From NCBI RefSeq assembly GCF_006345805.1, contig NC_043003.1, positions 18,538,001 through 18,602,000 of the forward strand: a stretch of 64,000 nt of DNA, in the 5' to 3' direction. The notes under the pieces were generated by a model. That model had not been told where the DNA came from. It saw only the letters and a program-made list of their open reading frames with translations, and searched no databases. Of this stretch, positions 38,641-52,730 are shown in pieces; the first letter of the stretch is position 1, and every line of letters starts with the position of its first letter. Made by a program: the position numbers and the translations under genes. Origin of the DNA: Octopus sinensis. Lineage: Eukaryota.

Positions 38641-39060
38641 AAGCATCCTCAATATCACATACAGATGCAACCAAGGCTGTGTGGTTAAGAAGCCTGCAGT
38701 TTGGGATCAGTCCTACTGAGAGGCACTATGAGCAAATGTCTTTTACCATAGCTCTAGACTGACACTATGAGCAAAAGTCTTTTACTATAGCTCTAGACTG
38801 ACCAATATCTTATGAATGAATTTGGTAGATGGAAACTGTGTGGAAGCCCCTTGTATATGTATATGTGTGTGTGCTTGTGTTTGCCATCCCTTCCACTGAT
38901 TGACAGCCAGTGTTAGCTTGTTTACTTCCCTGTAACTTAGCAGGTCGGCAAAAGGGTCTGATAGAATAAATACAAAACTTAAGAAAAAGAGTTGGGATCA
39001 ATTTGTTCAACTAAAATCCTTCAAGATGGTGCCCCAGTATGGGTGCAGTCCAATGACTGA

Positions 39061-39126
<66 letters not shown>

Positions 39127-39476
39127 GAAAGCGCATGGCTCACTGGTTGGAGCATCAAGCTTACAATCATGAGGTTGTGAGCTCGATTCCATGACTGGGC
39201 TGTGTGTTGTGTTCTTGAGCAAGACACTTTAATTTCACGTTATTCCAAATCACTCAGCCGTAGAAATGAGCTGCGATGTCACTGGTGCCAAGCTGTATCG
39301 GGCCCCTTTGCCTTTCCCTAGGATAGCATTGGTGGTATGGAGAGGAGAGGCTGATGTGCATGGGCAACTGCTGGTCTTTCATAAACAACCTTGTCCAGAC
39401 TTGCGCCTCAGAGGGGAACTTTCTAGGTACAATCCCATGGTCATTCATGATCGAAGGGGGTCTTTACCCTTATATA

Positions 39477-39637
39477 CTGCATTTTAACATGTATAAGGAA
39501 CCATTTTCTGTCAAAAATTAGGTTTAAAAATTATGGGAGTTTCTTAAACATGGATAGTATTATAAGCCCTTACAAGACTCTTTTCCAAATTTTAAGCCCC
39601 CAAAATTAAGGGGTTCCTTATTCACATTAAAATACAG
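39477..39637. mobile_element. Tc1/mariner(pogo)-type MITE, 161 bp
   Basis: TA flanks. TIR of about 26 bp, CTGCATTTTAACATGTATAAGGAACC / GGTTCCTTATTCACATTAAAATACAG, with 4 mismatches. Confidence 0.75.
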
Positions 39638-39879
39638 TATGCGTGTATGCATGCACATACATACATTCTCTGTGTAGGAGTGTACACGCACATTAAATTA
39701 AATAACCCCATTTCGTGTTACTCTAGATTAAATAATACTTGCAAGAGAAAGTATTGTACACCTTTATATTCATTATCACATTGTTCTCGTCTCGTGTTTC
39801 AGCAGACAACCAACTAAAAACAAGTAGTATGGTAACACATTGCATGCTGAGACATGCAGTTCAAATCTTAGCTACATAG

Positions 39880-40395
39880 GTACAGGAGTGGCTGTGTGGT
39901 AAGAAGCTTGCTTTCTATCCATACAGTTCCGGGTTCAGCCCCACTGCGTGGCACCTTGGGCAAGTGACTTCTACTACACCTTCGGGCTGACCAAAGCCGT
40001 TTGAGTGGATTTGGTAGATGCAAAACTGTAAGAAGCCTGTCATATATATATATATTGGCCTGCTCGCTTAGCCAGCGGGGTGGCGTCATTTGAAGGCTAA
40101 AGCAATGCTAAGCGCATTGTGACCAGCGATGTGTAGCAACATCTGATAGCCTGGTCGGTCACGGTGATATGTATATGTGTATGTATTTGGGTGTCTGTGT
40201 TAGTCCGCCCACCATTGCTTGACAACTGATTTTGCTGTGTTTACATCCCTGTAACTTAGCAGTTTGGCAAAAGAGACCAATACAATAAGTACTAGGCTTA
40301 CAAAAAATAAGTCCTGGGGTCAATTTGTTTGACTAAAGGCAGTGCTCCAGCATGGCCACAGTCAAGTGACTGAAACAAGTAAAAGAGCAAAAGAG
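39880..40395 (+). mobile_element. Family-C SINE, full length, carrying an insert of about 112 bp in its (TA)n
   Basis: caggagtggctgtgtggtaag head to gactgaaacaagtaaaagag tail. Confidence 0.85.
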
Positions 40396-43300
40396 TCGAT
40401 GATAAGTACATTGTTAACTTGGTTTGTCATGATGCAGGGTTTGTCAAAATACCTTTTACTTATCACTCCTTATTCCCTCACCAAATTGGTATGAAGGTTA
40501 GTTTTAGTCTTCAGTTCGGTTCACTAAAGTAGAGGAGAAAATTTGCCCTGTTCAAGGTCTGGTATATTTAGAAATTTCACTCAAATAACACACAGATCAC
40601 AGAACATATATATAACAACCGAAGTGTAGTTACTTCATTTTATCTGCAATAGTGCAAAGATTCTGCTAAAGTAGGTAGGTGTGTGTGTGTGAGTGCATGC
40701 GCATGTGTATGAGAGAGAAAGAGAGAGCACCCAAAAAATTGCAGCCTACTCTATCCTCAAACAGAACTCAAGTCTGAAGGAAGCAGCCATTTGTTGATTA
40801 CCAACCATGGCACAACTAAGATAGCAGGGTTCTTTTTGTTTTTGCTTCTTTTTTTTTTTTTTTTTTGTTTGCTTTTAGCAGCAGACTCTTATAATTTATT
40901 TGCCTCAGTGACTATGCAAAGTGGATATGAATGGAAAGTGTATATACAGTTTGTATAAAGAAAAGCAAAAGGATGAAGATGTACAAAAGAAAGGGAAAAA
41001 AAGAGACGGAGGAGAGAAAGAGAGAGAAATGATTAAAAAATATTAAGACAACATTAAGCACCTATTCACACTCAGAAACACAACAAACACTCAAAAGAGG
41101 AAAGGGACAAAGAATAAATCCATTAAACTGGCATGCTGCTTTACTGAAATAAAGGATGCTATGTAAAGAAAAGGAAATATTGAAAGATTGGAAGAACAAT
41201 ATACAGACAACAGGTCTTGAAGCACAGTGGGGGTAATTGGTAAATGGCAGAGAAAAAAAAAATAATAAAAAAAAAAAAGGAAGGGGAAAAAAACTGTTGT
41301 GAACCTTTAAAGATAGAAGCAAATAATAAACAAGAAAGGATTTATAAAGCTTCTAGAAGACATCCATTCCAAACCAAAAATCAAGTAATTAAACATAAAT
41401 AGAAAGGGGGGGGGGAATAAAAAGCAATTAAAGGAGAGAAAAATATATTAATTAACTAAAATAAATATAATGGAGGATGGAAAACTAAAAAATAAAATAA
41501 AATAAAAAAATTAATCGGGAGAGAATAAAACGAAAAATAAAAATGGATAAAAACAAAATAAATGCAAATTTACAATAATGAAAATAAATAGGCATGCTTC
41601 TTTGGGGATTTAAATCTAGACAAATTAAAAGGAAATTTAATGGTAAAAAATGAAAAAAAAAAAAAAAAATAAAATAAAGGAAAGAGAAACCTGAGCAACA
41701 ACAGTAGCAGATACAAGAGCCATAAAGAAATTTTTTAAAAAAGGGTAGAGAATATAAAAATGTGATGTAATAAGAACAAGAAAAAACAAACATGTTTAAT
41801 TATTAAATAATGACTAGATATAAATCAATGGGCATTTATTTTTTTTCCATGGATGTTTTAATCTTTAACTAGAAGAAATTGTTGAAGAAATAAGTAAGAA
41901 GAAAAAAAATTATAGCTATCAAATACATCTATTATATATGTGTAACCCACACTGTTGTCTTATATACACATATATACATATATCTATCTATCTCTCTCTC
42001 TCTATATATATATAAGTATATATACATACACACATGTATGTATGCATGCCAATATAGAATGTCTAGTTAGGAAGCCATTGATATTGTAATCGAGCTAGTT
42101 TCCTAAAGTAAATGTGGTGAAGGGCCCTCAAAAGATGGATAAATTAATTCTCATGACACAATTCCGAAATTGCTTAAGGGATGTTTCATCTCAGGGTGGA
42201 GGGGAGAGAGGGAGGAAGTAATTTAGTTCTATCTCTAATGAAATTATGTAAATTCCTAACGTATAAAACGCTAAAGTAAATTTCAACCCATTTATATTTC
42301 TAAAACTAACATCAAACATGTGCACACCATACACACACACATGCATACACCTATGCGTGTGTGCATGTCTATGTATGACCATTTGTGCAAAAATGGTGAC
42401 ATTATATCAGCATTCTCTGTTAACAAATGGCCTTGTGGTTCTCTGCTTTCAGAAACGTGTGTAAATATAGAAAGCCCTTTCCTTGGGAAACAGGGGACGG
42501 TTAGTGACAGGAAGGGCACCTGACTATAAATTAATGCTTCATAAATCAGTATTCATCAAACTTATGCTAGTTTGTAAAAGAGATGTAAAGATTAACAGCA
42601 GATATAATATACACACACACACACATATATATGTATGTACATATATATATGTAGTGAATAAGTCATGTGTATGTTTCGTGAATACACATTTCAACTTTGT
42701 GGCCTTATGGTGTGAATAGCACCTGTGGTTAACCACAGGTGCTATTTACACTGAGCCTGGATGTTATGTTTATTAAACACTTACATGTGAACCTACTTGC
42801 AATTTATCCCCCCCCCCCAATTTCAATGACTTAATCAGGAGGTAGGAAAGTGCGTCTGACCTTTTCAAGTCCTCCAAGGCTACAAATCCATAACACACAC
42901 ACACACACTTCTCTGAAGACTGCTTCTAATGACAAAAACTTGGTTGCAACATGTACAAGGGATATTCCACACTCTTGCTAACTAAGATTATCAGATGTTA
43001 CATATATTACCATAGCGCCATGCAGAGTGTTAGGAATCTGACTATGCTAACAAACTGAATCGTTAAATGAGATATTGGTTTCTTACAGAGGCACAATGCC
43101 AAAATTTGTAGGTGGCGTGTGTAATTGATTGAATCGGCACTAAAAGGATTTAGCCTCAGAACATACAGTTTATGCTTCGAATTACCATTGCATAGCAGTT
43201 CGCTGTTGTTTAACCCATGGTCAATCTTGATTAAGCAATTCTAAGATAAAACGATTTCCAGCTGTGACCACATCTTTGGAAGGGTACTGAAGATTATATT

Positions 43301-43785
43301 ATCCAACATGATCTGCTTTCAATTGAGAAAGCAGGGTCTGAGGGAGATTTCACTGCTATTTCTAGGGTTCTCAAGTGGAATACATGAAGTGGTTATTTCT
43401 TACACTAAACTGAATATAGTTCATAATCAGATTTATAACTCTCCAAAGTTATTGTTTATAGCCTTAAATCAACCTGATGAGGGAGATGTTTAATCAAAGT
43501 AATTACAGCCACAACTGTATTGTCTTTTATTAAAGCACACTGTAACTGAGTGTGTGGATATGAAAGGGATTTAGCTACTATGCCTAACAGTTTGAGAAAC
43601 CACACAGAGGTCCACTCATTCGTTTGTCTCTATTAAAAGTAATCTGTAGTATCAATTAATGATACTATATATCAGCATGTTTAACAAGTGTATTATGCCA
43701 AACAACAGATGATTTTTCATTTAACACAGGAACAGAACACCTTAATTTGCTCCTATCACACAGTAACTGTTATATACATTCCACT

Positions 43786-44165
43786 CATCCATCAATCCAT
43801 CCAGCTTTTCCACCCACTATTCCTGGTAGGGTTATGGGGATGGAGTCCTCAGGTACCTACTCTATGGGGTCCTATCAGAAACAACTATCATTAGACTTTC
43901 CAAGCTTGGCCAACTGAAACTATGGAAATTATTCAGCCATCTTATTCTTGGTCTACCTCTAGATTCCCACCTGGTTTTCTTGGCTTCAAGAATCTGTCTT
44001 GTGATTCTTTCCTGCGACATTCTAATCACAGGTGTGTAGTATCAAAGCCGTGACCTCGAAATGCAGAGAAGTGTTGGCTTGACCTGGAGAGATTCAACTG
44101 ATCTCCAAGTTACACACCCTGCCCAGTAAAGTTACTTTCAGGACATGATACTAAGCTTCATGTAA
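43786..44165 (-). mobile_element. 3' fragment of an RTE-clade (Expander/Rex3-like) LINE
   Basis: Degenerate peptide ESLQVKPTLLCISRSRL*Y..VIRMSQERITRQILEA...RGRPRIRWLN, then an (ATGG)n-like tail. Confidence 0.8.
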
Positions 44166-44611
44166 CAATCATCAAAAGACTAACTAGAAATAATTATGTA
44201 GTAAGTTTTAAAATAACATTAGTTCAATGAGGAAAACTGAAACACCTGGTGTAGGGAAAAAAAACTGCTTAAAAATATCATGATTCAGGTGTACCATCTG
44301 CATCCAAAGCAATAAGGAATGCACAAGGCATCAATTCTAGATAATTTAACAACAGTAGTGAAAAGTGTAATTTCAATTTTGACTAACTGTACTACATAAT
44401 ATATATGTATGTATGTATATATATATATATATATATATATTCAAATTCAAGTCAATTCACTGAAGATATAATTCAGTGAGTTAACTTGGGATTCCTTAAT
44501 GACAATATATATTCAAGTTAATATCTTTTCTTAGACATACAGCTTACTGAGTTCTAACATAATTTTTTTTGCTAAATGTTATAATTTTGTATGTATTTCT
44601 GTATGTGTGTG

Positions 44612-44653
<42 letters not shown>

Positions 44654-45764
44654 CACACACACATACAGAAATATATATAGTGTGCGTGTGTGTATTTTTT
44701 TGTGTGGGTTAACCTTATTTTGAGAGGGATTGAAGAGAATAGAAGAAATAGCAGAAATAGCAGTGTTTCATATAAGAAATGAAGAAAAAAAGAAAAAGAA
44801 AAAAGATACCAGAATGTGTATATATATTATATATATAAATAAAACCACATTGTATACAAACAACAATAATTGGTGCCAACAACAGCTAACAACAAATAGA
44901 TGGCAGATGGTGACAAAAGAGCAGAATGATTTGCCAAAATTGTGATGTCATGTGAAGTGGTACATGGATGTGCATAAGCAAGTGTTGGAATAAATATGTG
45001 TGTGTGTGTGTATGTATATGTATGTATGTTAACACATGAACACATATATATATGTGTGTGTGTATATATATATATAATATACACACACACATGCATACAT
45101 ATGTTTTAATGTTACAGCTTGCCTTTCACGCACATGTCTTAAGAAAAAAAAGTTTATGAACATACAGATGCATACAGAAACATACACACACACTAATAGA
45201 TGCATATGCATACTAGCATATTAAAGAACATACATACACATTTACATGTGTGCATATACACACACAGACACACATTGTGTATGATTATAAAAGGATACAC
45301 TCACATATGCATATATTACTGCAAAGATATATATGCCTGTGTATATTATGCAGAAAAGCTCACACATGTATATATTAATATGCATATATTTATGTGCATA
45401 TATATATATAGATGCATTCACATACTCACACTATGCACACAACATACATACATATACATACATAAGTAATACTTCAATAAAACTGATTGCATTGTTGTGG
45501 ATGTATATAAAAGATGTGAAAGACAATATGTTGTTTTCTAGTTAGGCCAAATAATGGAGAGAAAAGAAAAGAAAATCATTACTGGGCATAAATAGCATAA
45601 ATTCTTAAAAAGTTTTTTTTTTTTTTAAATACATATAGTGAAACAGCAAAGACTCATTGCTGGAATTAAAAGATATCTTAGCATACAACAGGATTATAAA
45701 ATTCAACCTCAACCCCACACCCTAAGAAAAGGAAACAAAACCTGTTTCTAAGAATTTACTTTAA

Positions 45765-47135
45765 ACCTTTTGGTACCAACCTACCTGAGACTGATCCTGT
45801 CTCTGAAGAGTAAATGTCATGTTCGAAAAATTTCTCAATTAACATGTTAAATGGTTCATTGCTTAACTTCACGCAACAGCCAGTAACAGGCCGAGGCAGT
45901 TAATGTGTTAAAATTTTTCATATCAACAGTGTTAATTTATGTTCCAAACACTGACTTCATAATAAAGATATTTTACTAAATCCTTCATAATATTTATTAA
46001 AGACAGTGTATCTCAACGAAAACATGTTTACTGCAGAAACCAGGTATATCCACTCAAAATATCATTTATCTTAAACTATGGAAAGCAATTTTATATCCCA
46101 ATTTATCTTTTGTTGAGGAATGTTATGTTTCAAACTATTTTCTCTTGAGATGTATCAAGTTCATTGAGGAAAAAGGACATGCAGAAATTCTAATTCTATT
46201 TAACATCATTACTGGAATAACCAGGAAATTTAATTTCATAGATAAAGAGTTAACCCTTTTGATACCAATACACTTAAGACTGCCCCAGAGCTCTTTAATA
46301 CAAAATTTTTGCTTTAAAGTGATCACAAAACTACCTATCAAAATTTCACCTTAATTCATATCCTCAACACTAATTTAATAACAAAAAGAACTATTTTACT
46401 ATATCTATTATTTTTGAAATTAATTGAACCAAGGGTGGTGCATTTCAAGAAAAATAATGGTTAACAAAAGCATTTAAAAAATAATACTGAATCACTGCAA
46501 TATTGTAGAAATGTGAAAGTTATCATAGAGTATGAAGAAAAGATTCAACTTTGAAGATTCTAAAATGTCCAAGAAATAAATCCCCATGTAATTCCTTAAC
46601 TAACAGATTGAGGAAAGATACAATAAAGTAAAACTGAATCTTGTACAAAGTCATGGAGTTGAAAATTAAATTATCATCCAAACAGAAAGAAGCTTCAATA
46701 TTCTATTTGTTGAAGATTAATAAGTTAACAGTGCAGTTGAGTTAACTATAAATGGCAACATTTTGAACCAAATAAACAAGAAACGGAAGAAAATATTTTC
46801 CCGACTGTATTTTTTTAAAATCCCCACCTCTGTATTTCTGTCTTGAATTCAATGATACAGGAATACTGTAAACAATTTTAAAGCAAAGTGACTAGGAAGG
46901 ATAATTAGATGAATGTAGGTTATTAATAAAAACCAACAAATGGGATGTCTTTAATGTCTTTAAACCTTTTGATACAAACTTGTCTGAGACCGACCCTGGG
47001 TTCTATCACACAAACATACCGTTTTAAAGTGGTCTAAATTAAAACCTTCCATCAAAATTCCATGTTAATTTACGGTCTGAACACCAACTGAATAATGACA
47101 AAAATTATTTTACCAAATTCTTCATTATTTTAAAA
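45765..47135. mobile_element. Cluster of four piggyBac-type MITE copies or fragments (about 45765-46030, 46032-46249, 46254-46476, 46964-47135)
   Basis: Repeated TTAA-(A/C)CCTTTTG(A/G)TAC starts; bodies similar to the 35291 and 2202 elements. Confidence 0.6.
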
Positions 47136-48204
47136 ATCTATTAAAACCAAAACAGAATATATTCAGAAGGAATATTGGGTTCAATTTTTTGGCACAAGGC
47201 CAGCAATTTTTTTTGGGTGGGGGGATAAAGTTAGTTGTATTGACCTTAGAAGGATTGGAAGGCAAAGTCAGCCTTGGTGTGGAATTTGAACTCAGAACAT
47301 AAAGACAAAATGCCACAAAGCATTTTGCCTGGCATACTAACCATTCTGCCAGCTCGCTGCCTTTTTTCAGAAGAAATATCGAAAGGATAAATGCTCTTAA
47401 GAAACCTAACGTTTACTAACCAAGAAAGTGTTCTAAGCTCTAAGGAATTAATTACAGGGTATATTATGAAATATTGAATAGCTGGTGATCTACTGGGATC
47501 AACATTCACTGTGTCGAAGTCTGATACATATACACATGATGAAGGCTTCAAGATGATAAGACACAAACCAATGACTGGTTTGTGTTACCTCTTAGAACAA
47601 TGAAAATAAACAGGCCCAATCTTAAACACTGATCATGAAACTCATAATCAATAGTGTTGGGAGGCTGCCAACTAATGTTCCACAGGATTATGCTATGGCT
47701 ATTAATCATTACCTAGGAACTTACAAAGCCCATGGTTTACCATAGAATACTGATAATTAATCAATACTTCATTATAAACTGACTAACTCTCCATTTATCT
47801 GCATAGCTAGTTCTCTTATTTGCAATCAGAAAGTTTCCATAAAAGTACATATTTAATTAATTTTGCATATATACCAAAACAAATGGAATTTTAAAAGCAT
47901 AACTAATTTACATCTAGGGCAACTATTTGTGAAAGACTACATTAAAACTTGTTTCATGGTTCTCCAAACCATATTTTGAACATTCTATTGTGCCTCCGTT
48001 TATACAAGACTCGGGATCTTTAACATGAAGATGGTGCTGCTGTACTGATGTGAAACATGGCAAGATGCAAAGTTCTCTATCAATAAGTTCCAAACATTTG
48101 CAGGTGGCTACACTTGGGGATAACTGCAATCCGTACAGAACTCTCTTGTTGCTCCTTACACAGAGTTAAAGGATTAAGAACAAGATAATATATATATGTC
48201 GTGG

Positions 48205-48450
48205 AGGCACATGGCTTAGTGGTTAGGGTGTCAGCATCATGATCGTAAGATTATGGTTTTGATTCCTGGACTGGGCGACGTGCTGTGTTCTTGAGCAAAA
48301 CACTTCATTTCACGTTGCTCCAGTCCACTCAGCTGGCAAAAATGAGTAATGCTGCGATGGACTGGCGTCCCATCCAGCTGGGGAGCACAAACGCCATTGA
48401 AACCGGGAAACGGGGCCCATGAGCCTGGCTAAGCTTTAAAAGGGTGCATT
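48205..48450 (+). mobile_element. Family-B tRNA-head SINE with a V-domain-like body
   Basis: catggcttagtggttaggg...gattcctgg...gttcttgagcaaaacacttc...gctgcgatggactggcgtcccatccag. Confidence 0.7.
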
Positions 48451-49153
48451 TATTTTTTTTTAATATGTCAGTATTTTGTTTGTCTAAGTTCCTGCAGATT
48501 CCAATAGGTACTAAAGATAGAAAAGATATACTTATGTAAAAATGCTTTCACTAACTTTATGCCAATGTCTACATTTTTGAAACAATTAAAACCAAATGCT
48601 AGAAGAGGGGAAAATGAATTTTAACTATTAAAGAAAGAAAGAACTCTAAAGAAGCATTTTTTTTTTGCATTTAAGTAATTAATAAATTGCTTAATTAAAA
48701 TTAAGTTTCCCATGTCAAAGAAATAACATTTCAAATGTTGAACGAATTAGTCTAAAATTAGCAAAAATTATTTCACAAATTTAATTATTGTTAATTGAAA
48801 TAAAACTGTAAGAACTGGGAATGACCTATAGCAGACTTACACTTAGAAATCTACCAACTCTCCGAAGGTATATTTTTTGCAATTCATAATTGATAAAAAA
48901 ATAAATAAAAAATGAATTCCTGTATATGCATTTGATATTCTTAATTCCAGCATGAGTTTGTGCAAAGCAACAAGCATGAATATACCTCAGCAATTCTACA
49001 AAGAATACTTAGAGCAAACAGACGGACATAGTGAAGGAAGAAGGTGGGGGTGTTTCTAAAAGAGAAGCGAGCCCATAGCAACAAGAAAACAACAGGTACA
49101 ACAAAAACTGTGGCAATGTGGTTTCTTTCAGAGTCTGGCATATCCAGACTTAC

Positions 49154-49349
49154 TGTATGATATTTTTGAAGATAATCTCTGGACTGATATGATCTTGGAG
49201 TAGGCGTTGATCGCCCGCTAAGTGGTGGAGACGATCGCTCATAACCCGAGCGCCATCTGTTGGCTATTGCATCAAGACTTCCACTCCCTACCCTGCTTTC
49301 CAGTTCTTCTGCTCGCTGTTCGGTACTTTCTTTCTCCTCTTGTATCAAT
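49154..49349 (-). CDS. PPFIA: Liprin-alpha coding exon (196 nt, phase 2 to 0): (R)[23 protein letters not shown]...[14 protein letters not shown]...DYLQKYHT
   Basis: Acceptor cttctttttcag, donor ACA|gtaagt. AG+A completes Arg and gives the conserved [24 protein letters not shown] motif. Confidence 0.97.
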
Positions 49350-49739
49350 CTGAAAAAGAAGTGAAGGGGAAAAGTTAATCAATGTAGAGCCACTTAGCAG
49401 TTAATTACTATTGTAAAAACAAACAAAAAAAAAACCCTCCAGATTACTCTTCTCTCCTGCTTAGTATTACCATCATATGATTAACATCTGTTTTAAATAG
49501 GCATTAATTAAATGGTTATCAAAAAAACTCCATAATTAATAAGAAAATTAATTAATACCATCATCAAATAGACTATGAAGTTCCTGCTATATTTAATAAT
49601 CACATTAATCAATACATACCATACCAACAATCACTACTTGAAACTGCTGCTCTTTTTTTCTTTATATCATAGTCAGGAGTAAAAGCAGGGTTTCTGACCC
49701 TTTACATGGAGCCTGAGAATAGTGGGAGGAGGGAAGGGA

Positions 49740-49980
49740 TAAGATAGCTATTTCTTTACTACCCACAAGGGGCTAAACACAGAGAGGACAAAGACAGACA
49801 AACGGATTAAGTCGATTATATTGACCCCAGTGCGTAACTGGTACTTATCTAATCGACCCCGAAAGGATGAAAGGCAAAGTCGACCTCAGCGGAATTTGAA
49901 CTCAGAACGTAGTGGCAGACGAAATACCGCAAAGCATTTTGCCCAGCATGCTAACGTTTCCACCAGCTCGCTGCCTTATC
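49740..49980 (-). mobile_element. Family-A SINE with a variant 3' end; further single copies at about 8495, 10770, 18605, 37600, 43090, 47180 and 59830
   Basis: Conserved core cgaccccgaaaggatgaaaggcaaagtcgacctc. Confidence 0.75.
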
Positions 49981-51764
49981 TGAAGAGATAAGATAGCTTC
50001 AAACCAGAGATCTGGCCCCAAATCCTTACAATGCAAAGGGCTTCAGCTGAATGCCCTCAAAATATCAACTGATGGTGTTCAGGTGACAAGGCAATATGCA
50101 TTGATCTAACTGATTCCTAATTTAAATAATTTAAAACAATGACCCACTTCTTCACTAAACAAATAACTATCAAAAGGAAACTTTCTGCTTAAGTTTTAAG
50201 TAAACTTGTAAATTTGTGGAATCATGTGGCCGTTGCCAGCCTTGCCTGGTACCTGTGCCAGTGGCATGTAAAAAGCACCCACTACACTCACGGAGTAGTT
50301 GGCATTAGGAAGGGCATCCTGCTGTAGAAACACTGCCAGATCAGACTGGGGCTGGTGCAGCGTCCTGGCTTCCCAGACCCCAGTCGAACCGTCCAACCCA
50401 TGCTAGCATGGAAAACGGACGTTAAGCGATGATGATGATGATCTAAGCCTCATGAATACAGAAAACTGGTTTAAAATATATCACTCCCATCAATATCTAA
50501 ATTTTAAAAAAACTAAATGGGTGGAGAGCATCTTTTTTAATAAGTATTATTTGAAATAAGGCTCATTTATTTAGTTACTGTTGCTGCTGTAATGTAAGAC
50601 TAAATTTTGAAACATAAATATTTTTATAATCATATAAAATAATATGATAATTATACTGGAAATGTTGAACATAAGCAGCAGTGGTACTTCTAATTACTAA
50701 CAAACTTGGCTTCTTATTTTTCTCCAAATACACAAGTCTATATTTAGTCAATGCATAAAGACACAGCACTAGTGGAACTGATAAGGATAATTAATGATAA
50801 TTAACGATAACGATGATGAAGACAAAAATGATAGTGATGGTGAGACCAAAATCCAATACAACATACTGCATATATAAAACAAATAAAAACTGTTGATAAT
50901 TAATCAATTTTTTTATAAACTGGAGAAAAGAACAAAAAGGTTAAAAGCATCAACGATAAAAATTCGAGAGAATGAAAGAAGAAAATAAACACCACTGTTT
51001 CAATCCCTTACACTTCTAATGAAATTTTGAATGATTATGTCTAGATTTCGATAGCAAGCATGTTGCATATGAAAATGTTTCCAAATATGTTAGCCTATTA
51101 TTTTGCTAGGCTACTTCCTCCAAGCATTACACATCTGCTATGGCAACAGTAACCTGATCTCTGTAAGAAAATCTTACAAAAATTAAATAATGATAATAAT
51201 GGGATTGATCCCACATCTGCTACTTCAATCTAAAAGATTAAAAGCTGGTGAATAAAGAGAGATCTTTCAAGTCAGGAGCGAAAGTTAGATAATCTGCTCT
51301 GATTATTATGGTGCCAGGTAGAATAATTTAAACAAACTAAAACAATAATCTTTTATGTGCAATAAAATCAGTATTAAATCAAAATAGCCATTTATGCATC
51401 ATACTTAAAGTAAATTTACTGCAGGATTCATCCAGAGATAACATCTCAGATAGATGAGATGTGTTTAAAAATGCTACATCTAAGGGAGACAAAAATCATC
51501 CCAGTAGTAAGTGGTGAGAATGCCAGATGCATTTCTGCTTCATTAAGCATTATCAAAAACGTGTACTCCTAGTCGCAGTGAAAAATATTCACTGGTATTG
51601 CAAATAGTCAATTAGCTGAATAACAAATCTGTTATAACCAATAGAAGTGGTATTAAATTGAAATAGTTATGTGTCATACCTAATGTAATTACAATATTAA
51701 AAGGCAAATTAACTGTTCTAGTCATAATTATTAATAATCAAGTAGCTAGTGGGTTTTCTTGCTC

Positions 51765-51988
51765 TTTTACTCTTTTACTTGTTTCAGTCCTTTGACTGTG
51801 GCCATGCTGGAGCACCACCTTTAGTCAAGCAAATCGACCCCCAGGACTTATTCTTTGTAAGCCTAGTACTTATTCTATTGGTCACTTTTGCCGAACTGCT
51901 AAGTTACGGGGACGTAAACACACCAGCATCGGTGTCAAGCGATGTTGGGGGGACAAACACAGACACACAAACATACACACACACACAC

Positions 51989-52024
<36 letters not shown>

Positions 52025-52197
52025 ATACATATGACGGGCTTCTTTCAGTTTCTGTCTACCAAATCCACTCACAAGGCTTTGGTCGGCCTGAGGTTATAGT
52101 AGAAGATACTTGCCCAGGGTACCACGCAGTGGGACCGAACCCGGAACCATGTGGTTTGTAAGCAAGCTACTTACCACACAGCCACTTCTACGCCTAT
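51765..52197 (-). mobile_element. Family-C SINE, full length
   Basis: Close match to 32908-33310 along its length. Confidence 0.85.
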
Positions 52198-52684
52198 ACT
52201 TTTAAATATAATAAAAAGAAGCTATGTTTTTGAAGGAAGCATCCACACAAAAACAGTGTTATTGGGAAATACCACTCTATAACATGTCATTGCACTCGTA
52301 TCTTCCGTATTGTGGATTAAGGGTCTTGGATGGTTAGGGGTGGTCACTAGCCTTACAGCAGTCAGGGAAATGTCAACACTGCAATTGTTTCTTTACTTGT
52401 GAGGACATAATGTAAATGTAGCATAAGCCAGCAGCAGTCACTATTTTCCAGTCAGTTGTGTTCTCTGTTGCTGCTGACCTTAAAGATGGACTAGTCATCA
52501 AAGGAACCACAACTGAAGGAGAGGATGGCCAAGATTAGACCCAGTGGATAACCACAAAGAAGTGCCAGTGTGCATGTGTTATAGACCACACACATACACT
52601 GGGCACAAGTACATAAATACATGTATAGGGCCACATATGATAATTTGCATGTACACAAACAGGCAAACCACACAGCACTAATAT

Positions 52685-52730
<46 letters not shown>

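Noticed and set aside
44708-44886. 170-nt AG-free zone ending aag|gttaac
   Set aside because: Both AAG acceptor and GTTAAC donor are weak; the AG depletion is explained by low complexity.
52479-52512. 34-nt possible poison exon (cag|...AAG|gtcagc)
   Set aside because: Moderate donor, stop and frameshift, no other support; indistinguishable from a pseudo-exon.
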